NCBI GenBank assembly: GCA_964373175.1 | Contig: CAYJTP010000002.1 | Span: 40,402-104,401 of the forward strand | DNA from: an uncultured Planctomycetales bacterium | GTDB lineage: Bacteria > Omnitrophota > Gorgyraeia > Aquiviventales > Aquiviventaceae | Reading direction: 5' to 3' | DNA length: 64,000 nt | Shown: in pieces, positions 48,001 through 60,000 of the stretch | Position numbering within the stretch: the first letter of the stretch is position 1 | Layout: each line of letters starts with the position of its first letter | Notes under the pieces: model-generated | Seen by the model: the letters and a program-made list of their open reading frames with translations, nothing else | Told to the model about the DNA's origin: nothing | The model's database searches: none | Made by a program: the position numbers and the translations under genes

Positions 48001-51000
48001 TTGACACCCCTGACATCAACCTGACGCTTCTTGGGCTTCTCCTCACCGGGGCCGTGGTCCTCTGGTCGCTCTATCATTGGCTTGCCACGCGCTTCCATGC
48101 GCCGCCAGAAGCCGCTCCATTGAGTCGCTGGAGCGTCCCCGCCTCTGATCGATTTGCCCTCCTTAGTGGTGTGGTCAGCTTGCCGATGATGGCCACATTG
48201 CTGCCCTCCAAAGATCCTGACAGCAAGTTGGCTCGGGATGCAGAGGATTTACGTGAACAAGGCTGGACGGCTGAGCTCGTTCGGAGCGATCTGACCACGC
48301 AGCAGCTTCAGCACACCATGGACGCCATCTTGGATGGATTAGTGTTTTCCCCACATGATCGGCCGCTCGGCCTTCCGGCCTGGCTTGGTGAACAAGGGAT
48401 CGCCGACTCCTCGAGCCGCTTACCTCGAGCATGGGTCGAGATGGTCATTGGCGAGTTGCTCTGGAATTGGCAGAGGCAGCCTGCCAGTAGTCCGTCCTCA
48501 GGCGTCGCCAGACCTCTCTTGGTCGCCTACCGACGAGGCCACATCGTGAGCGAAGAGACCATCGAGCTCATCGCGCGAAACCTTGTGGAGGAGATCCCGA
48601 ACATCCGCGAGGCGGTGAGGCCTACTGAGGCTCAGCCTGTGACGGAACGCGGCCAATGGCTTCAGCGCATGATCGCCATCGTGGTGGGGATGTTGGATGG
48701 GGAGGTGGTCATTCGATCGCATGGCAAAAAGTCTCACTTCTTCCTGCCGCAAGGAGGCGTGGGCAGTTACACCCAGCTGCTCGAGGCGAGCACGTCCTTT
48801 GACTCCTATGTGACCAAGGGCACCTCCATCTCCATCAGAATCCCGACCGCCGCGTGGTCGGCAGATGCATCGGGGCGAGCGCTCAGACAGGGCAAGCGGC
48901 TCATGAGGAAGCGACGGTTTGCCGAGGCTGCCGCGGTCTTTGCCAACGTCCTGAACCGAACGCCAACGCACCTGGGTGCACTCCACTGGTTGGCGAAAGC
49001 CGAACTCATGCAAGGGCATCTTATAGCGGCTTTGGCGCGGCCGCTGTACGGAATCGCCCAGGCCATGATGAGCCGCTCGACCCTGCACACAGAAGATCAT
49101 GTGCACGAGCTTGCGAAGCTGGATGCCCAGACTGCTGATCTGGTGGATACCTACGCTCGTGTGCTCATGGCGCGACGGCATCCTGGCGAGGTGGATCGCG
49201 CTATCGCCGTCTTAACGGCGGCGGTCCAGGAGCAGCCGCACGCGTTCTTCCTGCGGATTACCCTGGCCAAGGCCTACGAAGCCAAAGCCGTCATCCCCGA
49301 CCTCCATGAAAACGAGCGACGCTTTGCCTTGAAGCAAGCCGTCGCCATCACCCAGCAAGCGCTTGCGGACTTCTCCGCGCATCCGAAAGTCCGCCTGATC
49401 GCAGCGTACGACGCCGGGCTGTTGTCCCGCCAGGGCCGCATCGAGGAGGCCATCCGCGTGCTCAGCGATGATGAGGGACGCCACGTGAAGCGGGAGTTCC
49501 ACGAGGATCAAGTCATCCGTCGGCTCTTGGACAAACTGGCGGCAAGCCGCTTGGCTGTTGGGGTGACACCGTGGGCGCTCTCGCAAGCCCCGGCGGAGCT
49601 CTTCTGGTCGGTGGTAGCACTCGGGGCGATCGGGCGCGTGGTGTTCTCGCTGCGGCGGTGGCTCGCGGAACGCTTCCACCGCGCACCGCAACCCGATACC
49701 GAGGCGCAGAAGTTGCTTGAGGAGGCGCGATCACGACATCAGAAGAGAGACTTTGCCGGCGCCGCCCACGGGTATCGGGAGTTTGGTCATCACCTCAAAG
49801 TGCGGGACGGTCTGGCGAAGACGGAACTTGAACGCGGTCATGACTTGGATGCGATCGCGCTCGCCAGAGAGACCCTCGCGTTGGAGCAGCGACTTCTCGA
49901 GACGGAGCACTATCTCGAGCGGGTGTTAGCGGCTGAGCAGATGCCGTTCACCCTGGAGGTCTTGATCGATGCGCTCATCGCGCAGAGGAACCATGCCGAA
50001 GCGCTCACGGTCGCTTCCAACGGCATTCGCGATTTTCCGGACAACCCGCGTCTTCGCGTGAAGCAGGTGAAGGTGTACTACAGTGCCAACGACTACGAGC
50101 TGGGAATCGCCATCGCGCGCGAGGCCCTTCAAGACCCCACGTTCGAGGAGAATCCGCATCTTCACGAAGTGCTCGCGGCTGGGCTGCGGCACCTCAAGCG
50201 GGCGAAGGAAGCCAAGCACGTCATGAGTTTTGATGGCCGCACCCTCAAACCGTGGCTGCGTGGCCATAAATCCGTCTATCCCACCTTTGCTGCCATCCTG
50301 GGCGCCGATGGCCACCCGTGGGAGGGGATTGACCAGTTGATGATCAATCGGCAGGTCATCAAGCGCGAGCTTCGCGACCACCCGGCTGTCTACCCGACCC
50401 TGGCAACCCTGTGGGGTCGCGTGGGTCAGTTTGACACGGGGATTGCGCTGCTGAGCCCGGATGGTGGCCGCACAGTCCAACCAAAACTCAGCGACCATCC
50501 GGCTTCGTGGACCGCACTCGTGGAGTTACTGGAGCATAGCGGGCGGCACGCTGACGCCCTGACCCTTGCGCGCGAAGCCAAGAAGAAGTTTCCAAGAAAT
50601 CCCGTTGTCCGTCGCACGCTGCAGCACATCGAGGCCTCCTTTTACCGCCCGGGTGGTCGGGGAAGACCAGACCTCCCGATCATCAGCGCCTGGCTGGTTG
50701 TCCTAGGGCTTGGATGGTTCCTGGACCGATTCCTGGATGTGGGGACCTCATTCTCAGAAGCTGCGGTGTTTGGAGATCTCTTCTGGCCAGCGCTGGTTCT
50801 CCTCGGGGTAGTCGCAGCGGCGTACCAGCATCGAGCGCTCAGTCCTCGAACCGCTCGTCGGCTCCGTGAGGCCATCGCCTATTTCAATCAGCAAATCAGA
50901 AACAAAGTCTTACGACTAAGACAACTCACCGAAGCGGATGTTGCCGGAAAGGCCGATGTGAGCCATACGACCATCTATTGGGCCCTCAAGATCACTGACC

Positions 51001-54000
51001 CGTCGCAACAAGACATCAAGCGAGGGCTCATCCGACTGTTGAAGTCGGAACGCGCGACCATACCTCCATCCTGGCCGGGATCCCCTGAGACCCGCAGGGA
51101 GCAACTGGTCGGGCAGATCCTGAGCGCCATCCAGGATCTCACGCGACTTGCCGGTGAAGGAAAGATTCAGCGTTACTCGACGGCTGAACTCGTGGCAGCT
51201 CATGTCAGGAAGATGACCGGTGATCAGACAATTTCCGACCATGAAGTCCGGCAATTGATCGCGCATCGCAAGAACCTCCAAGATGCCATGGGGGTCTTGC
51301 GGAAGAGCACGGAGTCCTTCCACTTCCAGCCAAAGCCGCGTCCGAAGAAGACACCCGGATCGAATCCGCTCAGGGTATTCGCCGCCCCGCTGCTCGTGGC
51401 CATCGGCCTGTGGGTCGGTGGGCTCGAAGGGCACTTGCTGGCCGGGCTGGGCGTTGTGCTCAGCGTGATCGGGTTTGGCGGGCTGCTGCTGGCAATGCGA
51501 CCGGTCAGACAAGAAACAGAATCAGAACTCAAGCCAGGCGAGATTGCGGGAGGCGTCCAGCAGGAGCTTGGCGCGGTCCAAGCATCCAGCCCATCCAAGA
51601 ATCAAGGGGACCTGGTCAGTCTTGACCAACATCGCCCACAGCGGCAGGGGTGGCGAGGTATGCTTGGCATCCAGCAGTTTTCCAGTCACCTTCGCCAAGA
51701 CCGCGTCAATCTCGGCGTCTTTCCCTGGGACGAGGCCACGCAGCGGCAGTTCGCCCAGTCGTTCAGCACGCAACGCGGGCCACAACGAGATGGGGATCAC
51801 CGAGTAGGGAGCGCCCGTATCGATGATGGCCAGATGGTCATCACTCCACCCAACAGACTGTCTGAACTGGACTCGACCCAAGAGTCGAGACAGGAAGAGT
51901 CGACGACGACGGCGGCTGGCCTCGAGGTCCCGCACGCGCTGGACCTCAAGGGCGACGCGCATATACGTGGATTCCGGCCTCGAGGAACAAATGCGGGATA
52001 TGCGGCCAGTCAAGCTGCTGGCGAGCTTTCGCGAGCACCCGGATTAGATGCGGACCAACAGCCAACACTCGCCGGTGCGCAAAGGCGACCCATTGATTCG
52101 GGTAGCGTGTGGCCAATTCGGCATAGTGCGCAAAGGCCCAATCGTACTCCCGCTGAAGAGCCTCTGGAAAGAGCGCTGTTTGAACCGACATCAGTTTCAC
52201 CGACCTCCACCTCGACTATAACCGACGATGAAGAGGCTGTCAAGCCAGACCGCTTCTCCGACCTTATCGGTGGGCTCGAAGGGCACTTGCTGGCAGGGCT
52301 GGGGTTTGTGCTGAGCCTCGTCGGGTTTGGCGGACTGCTGGCGATGCGGAAGATTGGCGGAAAGGAACAGCTAACAGGCAAGGCAAGAAGCGCGAATAGG
52401 CAGAAGACAAGCCGTCAAGGAATGCCGAGTTTTTCTTCCACAACTTTCAAGCGGGCGTCGAAAGTCTTCATCTCGGATCTGATCGCACGGATTTCAACAA
52501 GGATCAGGTCGGCGTCTTTCCGAAGGTTGCCGACGTCTTTCGACAAATTATCCACCTTTGTGCGAAGGTCAACGAGCCCTTCAGCGACGAGGCGGATCTC
52601 ATGGCGAAGCGACTCGATGAGCGCGCCGACTTCGGTCACCGTGAAGGCGTCTTTGGAAGGCCGTTTGGATGGAGGCATGAACGCCATTCTACGCAGGACA
52701 GGAGCACCAGTCAAGGAACATCGGGATGACTCGGTTGCGCCAGGTGGCCTCCTGACCCCGATGGGGGGATTCGTGCTCATAGGGATCGGGCTCCTGGCCA
52801 AGCATCTGATGGGGCTTGCGCTCTTCGGGACGGTGGCGGAAGTGGTGGGCGTTGGGCTGACCGCGCTGTGGGCAGGTTGGAATACGACTCTTCATTCAGC
52901 GTCTCAGGTACTGTCGTGGAGGGTGAGAGCGCTACCGAAAGATCTCATAGCCATCACTGCGCAGCACGAGGACTTTTCCACGCAACCACCGCTCAGGTCT
53001 GATCTTCAACAAGTTCCTGACAGCCTGGGTGATCGTTTCAGCCATGGGTGGGTGGATGCGGATCACGACAATTCCGGACAGCTTCGAGGGCAGGAAATTC
53101 AGGAAGTCCCGGTCACGCGTGAACAGGATCGCGCCTTCCCGTTCGGCAAGCGCAGCGATGGTCGCGTCGGTCGCACGGGGGGACGGACGGATGACGTGAT
53201 GCCCCACCCGGCGCAGGAAGGCTTCCGTCTGTCCAGGGATATGTTCGTCAAGCAGCACACGCACAGCGAGCTACGCCTTGAAGGCCACGAATTCCCGGTG
53301 CTTGAATTGCTCAGCGGCGTACTGCAGGGCGGCGCGAATGTGCTGCGGGGTCAGCTGGGGAAAATATTTCTTGGACGTGATCTCGGTGCTCGAAACCCCG
53401 GCTCCAAGCAGCTCAAGGACATCCGAAACCAGGATGCGAGTCCGCCCAAAGCAGGGTTGGCCATGACAGATGGCTGGGTCCACGTCGATCAGCTTCTCAA
53501 GGGAGTTTTTCATCGCCACCTTCACACTCCTCCTAAGAAGGATAGCATCCTCGCTCCTCGTCGTCAAGGCACGTCTTCTGGAGTACTCAACGTGGGGTTC
53601 AGCGCAGAGACCCTTGCCGGGCGGTGGCCGGAGGGTTCGCCCATCTGGATCGCGCCGGTGGTGGGGCTGCTCGGGTGGGAGTTCCTCGTGGCGGGGTTGA
53701 AGATGGGCGGCCTAGAGGGGGTGGCGCTCGCGGGCTTTGGATTGGCACTTGGCCTCTTCGGGTTTGGCGGGCTGCTGCTGGCGACGCAACGCGGTGGGAG
53801 AGTAAAGGGGAGGGAAGCACGGCTTAGAAGCTACCGGGTTCCCAAAGAGGTGGCCGAGCGTTATGTCACTCCGGAGATCCTGACACTCTTCGAAGTGGCT
53901 GAACAACTTGGACTCAAGATCAAAGCAACCGGCGGGACCGCGCGGGATTTTGCCGTGTCTGTCATGACACAACACCCGCTTCGACTCCCTCGCATCACCA

Positions 54001-57000
54001 ATTTTGATGTGGCGATCCCACTGGCTCCCCATCAGAAGCCCTCAGAATTGTTCAACGAATCAGCCTACCAGAGGTTTGCGCAAGCCTTCGAACAGGCCCT
54101 TCGAGCCCGTGGCGTGCTCAAGCCAAACCAAAAGATGCCTGAGGTGGATTTCATGCCAGGCGTGTATGTGGAAGGAGCCGGCTACATTTACCAGATTAAC
54201 ATGAACATCCGACCCACAAAGGAGCGGCCTGAGATTGGCGAGGCATTTTCGATCAGCAAACTGGCGGTCAAGAAAGAAGGCGACGGGTTTGTGATTGAAG
54301 ATCACGTGGGCGCTATGGCCGACATCAAGGCTAAGCGCCTTCGGATTATCGCCACACCCGGACGGTTACTCACCGAAGGGATGCTGGGGAAGATGTTGGG
54401 TCGATGGGCGGATTACCGGAAGCTGGGATTTGACTTTGACCGGCCATCGAGGCAGCTGATCCAGCAGTCGGTGAACGCGCTCCGGCATACCACACCAGCA
54501 GACCAAAGCACCTTTGTGAGCTTGCTCCTCGACAACAGCCAAACGCAGCAGGATCTTCTCTTCGTGATTGACCAGTATCGATTAGACGAGGTCTTGGGGG
54601 TACGGCGAGCCTCCCTGGCAAGACGATTCAAACGGCATGAGCGCGCGTCGACGGCTTCCTCCGCGGCTCCTGATCCAGTCAAAGCCTTCGTCACACAGTA
54701 CCTGCAAGCCAACTACGGCCAGTTCAACCTGTGGGCCAACACCGAGGCCGTTGTGGATGCGGTGGTGAACCGCCTGTATCCGTCGCGGGATCCAGCAGCG
54801 ATTGAGCAAGCGCGAGAGCAGTCGGGGATTGGCGTTGCGGGAAGTGACTTTACGAGGCGCTATGATGACTATCAACACGATCAGAAACTGGAGCTGACCT
54901 ATGAGCTCATTCGAGAATTTCTTACAGGCGGAGTGGTCGTGGATGTGGGGGCTGGGAAGAATCTGTTGGCGCGGAAGCTGGCTGAAGAAATCCCAGGGAT
55001 CAAGGTGATCGGGACGGATGTCTTGGATTGGCATGAGGAATCGTCCGATCCGAGAGTCGAGTATCGAAAACAACTCACCCCTGAGCGAGTCCCTGTTGAG
55101 GATGAGAGCGCCGACGTCGTGATACTCCAAAGCGTCCTCCACCACATCACGGATGAGCATCTTGACAGTCTCTTGAAGGAGGTCCACCGAATCCTGAAGC
55201 CGGGTGGGAAGGTGCTCGTGTTAGAGAACACCTTCCCGGAGACACCCGAGGTGCTCCAGACCGTGAGGGACCAGGAAGGCTTGTCGGAGTTGAGCAAAGC
55301 CTTCCTGAGCTTAAACCCAGCGCAACAGCAAGCCTTCTTCGAATTTATGGATTGGTATGGCAACGTCTTTGTGAAGCAGCAGTCTGACATGCCCTTGTCC
55401 TTCAATTACAAGTCGATCGAAGCCTGGAAAGCACTGTTTGACCAGCATGGATTGGTGACGCGCACGGATCGGTTCATCGGCTTTACCCCGGGCCGCTTCC
55501 ACTGGCTGGCCACCGGCCTCTTCGTGTTTGAAAAAGTGTCCAGCGAGCCTCCTATCTCATCCATCCTGAAGCGCCATCCGTACTTGAATGAAACGCAACT
55601 GAAGCGTTTCGCGCAAGGCGAAGCCGGGTTTGCGGTCACCCGGAGACTGAGATGGACTTTGGAGAAGCTGGATCAGTTTCTGACCGGTTTGGAGCAGGTG
55701 AGCGGGATCCCCTTGGACAAGGCAGTACAACTCGTTGTGGAACCCGCTGAGATGTATCTGATCAAGCAGGTTCGCGATGAGCGGGCAGGCCAATATCTGA
55801 TCAACCTTGGCAATTCCATGTATCCTCCAGATGTTGTCATCCAAGCGGCTGGGTACGTAGGGACTCATGAAGGCCATCACTACCTTGACGAGCTTAATAT
55901 GGTTGACGCTTCTGGTCTTGCAGAAATGGGGGGTTCTGGTGGCACGACTCGCCGAGGCTCAATCTTGGAGCAGTTTGATCGGATGGTAAGCGACGCGGCT
56001 CGAATGAATCCGATGATGCGTGGGCTAGCAGGTCGTCCAGATCTATTGTGGATGGTGGAAGAGCTCAGCGTTGATAGTGATACGGCTAACACACTCGGTG
56101 CTCGCGTCGTCAAGAACTATCTCCCCCTTGCGGAAGCTCGATTGGCTTATCAGGAACGTCAAGCAGAGAGTCCTCGCGGAGTTGTTCCTGGTCTTGCGGA
56201 GCTCGTCCGGTATGAAACCGTCGCACGGGAATATGCATGGATCGAAGGGGTCGATGGGGCATCCCGCGAACGTCTCAAGCGCGTGGAGGAGGGGTACGCC
56301 AAGTTAGCCAAGAAGGCCAAAGACTACTCGGAGGCCAAATACAAGTTCTTCCTCGGTGTGTTCACAAGCATCTACCGGATGACGAGTTTGCTCAAACCAC
56401 GTGGTGGGCGGTGGCCGAAGCGGCAGCCGTGGTATGACCGCCTGGAAGCGCGCTACGGGTGGTTCGTGGGACAGGTGCTGGCGCCAGCGCTCAGAGAGTC
56501 CGGATTCTTTGTCGGTGGCGGGAGCTTGCTACTCAGTTGGGCCTTTGGGATTCCGCTTGAGCTGAGGCCTCCAACCGTGGCACTGCTAGCTGGATTCCAA
56601 ATCCTGTGGCACCTCCGCCATCTACCGGGTGCCGAAGGCAAGACCTTGGCTCAGAAACTCGCCGCGGCGTTCTCCGCTGAGAAACTCCTCATCACCGGCC
56701 TGACGGTCGCGCTTCCCAGCCTCCTGCTGCTAGATCCCAGCAGCCCATTCCATCCGATCGGCGTCGGCTTCGTGGCACTCATCCTCGGCGTTGCGTCCTT
56801 ACCTCACGCCTTCATCAACCTCGTCACACCTATCCAAGATGGTCGTGTGGTAGGTGTCCGCGACGCGGGATCTGATACCGTCGGCAGGCAGGCGGATGGG
56901 TCTGGTCGCACTTCGCAGGACTCACCGTTGACCATCGTGGAGATGGTGTACGCTGACCTAACCAACACAGGAGGCTTGGAAAGCTACTTGCGGGAGCTTC

Positions 57001-60000
57001 ATCGCGAGCTCCTCACCCACCCAGGGATTCGAATCCATGCGCTGTATCCGGTGCAGGCCGCGCCAAGGACGTTTGAGGAACGCGCTGACAATGGGAGCAC
57101 GCTCGTTCATCACCAGTTTGTGAGACAACGTCCTTGGGTGAAGGTTTCGTGGCGCTCACCGTGGGGCTCCCTTCAGCAGAGTGCGGAGATCTTCCGCAAC
57201 CTCCGTCAGATCATTCGGCAAGAGCAGGTTGGCGTCCTGCATCTCCATACGCCGTTCTATTTCCCCGCGCATCTGGCGTTTTGGTTGGCGGGCGTGTGGT
57301 ATCGCATCCCCCGTGTGGTGACCTCGCACCAGACACACGCAGGGGGCTCGAGATGGTTCTTGCGCACCATCCACCAGCTTGGTGCCAAGGTGCTTCCTCT
57401 TGGCGCGGCGGAAGTCACCGGGGTGAGCGACGCGGCGGCCCGCAGCCTGAAGCGCAAGGCCTCTATCATCGGCAGCGGGATTGACACGCACTTCTTCACC
57501 CCGCAACACGGCCGGGGCGATGCGTTTCGGCAGCGTGAGGGGCTCTCAGCAGAGGTGCCACTGATCGTTTATCCGGCTCGGATCGATCCTGAAAAGGGCC
57601 AGCGGGATCTTTTGGATCTGGCCGAGGCGCTTCGGGCCAACGGCCTCAAGGCTCAGGTCGTCATGATGGGACCAGTCGCTGATCCCTCCTACGTTCAGCT
57701 GCTCAGCGACGACATCATCGCGCGGGACCTGTCAGAGATCGTCCACATCTTGCCCGCTGGGACTCCTGAAGAGGTGCGCGACGGCTACGCGGCTGCCACC
57801 GCGGTGGTGTTTCCTACCTATTCGGAGGCGTTGGGCCTTGTGGCGTTGGAAGCCAGCGCGATGGAAAAACCGGTTGTGGCCTACGCGACAGAAGGCGCGC
57901 GGGAAGCGGTGAAGGATGGCGAGACCGGCTACCTGGTCCCGACCGGCGATGTCGAGGCGCTTAGCCGTCACGTGATTCAACTCTTACAGGATGAGCCACT
58001 TCGTCAACAGGTGGGTCGTGCGGGTCGGGCTTTTGTGGAAGCCCGCTATTCGCTTGAGCAGTTAGCCAATCGACATCTTGCGCTGTACCGACGTGTGGCC
58101 GGCCGCGACGCGGACGCGGTATCTGATACCGTTACTGAACTGACGTCGCAAGCGATTCGCGCGGGTCTTGAGCGGCTCATTCGGGAAGGGAAGGGACTAC
58201 TTGTTGCCAAACCTCAGAAGGGCCCAATTACACAGTGCTACCTGGACTGGGGAGGGACGTTGAGCAATCTGACGCCGGAAGAACGGCGCGCGGCGCTTGA
58301 GCTGTTTCGCGCGCGCGGGATTGAGGTCAACATTCTCACCACGGCCAGCCCCGAGGCGATCGCCAGGCAGCTTGAAGCGGAAGGCAACCTGCCCTTCTTG
58401 CGCTCCATCATTCACGCCATGGGCAGCTCCTCAGGGAAGGTCCACGTCGCCCGCTATCAGGACTCAACCGGCCAAGACACTCCCATCGTCCTGGTCCACT
58501 CGCCTACGACCAAGGCCGGCTACTTGAATTCGCTCCCTGGACAGGGCCGCGTCCTGTTTGTCGATGATCAGGCGACGCATTTTTACATCACCTCAGGACA
58601 GGTCATCCGCGTCGGCGTGATCGGCAAGGGCGTCACGAGGTTAAATGACCTGCTCGGCGAGGACACGGAGTTGGCGGAGTATTACCTGGCGTCCCTCAGC
58701 GACCGTTCCTCCCTTGATGAGTTGCTCACCGCGGTATCTGATGCCGTATTGAGACCAGAGACCAGCCCGCCCCCCCGGCCCGACGCCGGCGACAGCCGGG
58801 GCGGGCGGCGGATGCTTTCGGCGGGCCGGGGAGACCAGCCCGCCCCGGCGGATGCTTTCGGCGGGCCGGGGAGACCAGAGACTCGAGTGGGCATGACTGA
58901 CAACGAGGTCATGAACGGATCGGTGAGTTACTCCGACAATCGCTTGCACAGGGCTCTTGAGCGGCGGGCCGACAAGCTCGCGCGGCTCTTTGGCAATCTC
59001 GAGTACCAGCTCATCGAAGACCTCAACCCAATCACGATGGATCATCGGCTGCCGCGCGAGTTTGCGCGGGTGAAGCTGCCGCTCTTGGCGATGCTCGTGG
59101 CCGACCACCTCATACCGAGCCACCGGACGTCACCGAAAGAGACGCTGCGTGGAGAACTGCGCGAATTCATGATGCCCGATGGGGTGACGCTGCGCGGCCA
59201 GTGGTTCAAAGTTGAAGGAGATGGCCCTGCCCCCGTGGTCGTGTTCATCCCGCCCTGGGGGATGTCGAGCAGCCAGTACGAGTCGCTCGTCGACACCTAT
59301 CGCCAAGAGGCCAACGTCCATGTGCTGCTGCTCAACCTGCGCGGGCAGGGCTTGAGTGAGGGGGAACTCACGACGCATGGCGCGGAGGACGTCGATGACG
59401 TGCAGCGCGTGCTGCAGATGCTGCGCGCCAGCCAGGAAGTCAGCACCCAGCCGATCCTCCTCCATGGCACGTCGCTTGGCGCGCTCGTCTCTCTGCGGCT
59501 TAAGACCCTGTTTCCTGAGCTCATCCAAGGCGTCTTGGCTGAATCGTGCCCGCCCATCCAGGCGCACGCCATTCAGCGGTTCTTGCAAACACAACTGCAA
59601 GACCGCTACGGCAAGGTCTTGCAACAGCTCTATCCCGAGGTCGCACGCCAGGATCCTGATTTCTCGAACTTGGCGAGCGAGACCGTACCGCTCCTTGAGC
59701 GGGTGTTAAGCCATCGCCTCGGGCGCTCCATTCACCTCATGCGGCCCATCGATGACCTCAAGACGGCGCAGGGGCCGATCACCTTCCTGTACGGTCGCGG
59801 TGATCACGTGATCCCGGCGAATGAGCAGTTGGACATAGCTCGTGCGGTGAAAGAGCGCCTCGATGCTGGTGAGGGCATCCAACTCTATCGGCTCGACGGC
59901 GGCCACCTGGCGATGAGCAACGATCCGCAGTACGCCACGGTGATCTCATCCGTTGTCCGTGAGGTCATGGTTCAGGCTTCGTCCAATGTCTTCGAGCAGA

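Noticed and set aside
51417-53782. Repeat-spacer-repeat layout that superficially resembles a CRISPR array or an integron cassette array
   Set aside because: The repeats are 74-77 nt and imperfect. The 'spacers' are 775 nt and 1363 nt and contain genes. The repeats lack the internal inverted-repeat (R''-L''/L'-R', GTTRRRY) structure of attC sites. No integrase or cas genes are in the window.
51417-53782. Intein or group II intron explanation for the in-frame insertions
   Set aside because: No intein splice-junction motifs (N-terminal Cys/Ser, C-terminal HN plus Cys/Ser/Thr) are present at the repeat boundaries. The cargo is coded on the opposite strand. No reverse transcriptase or maturase is present.
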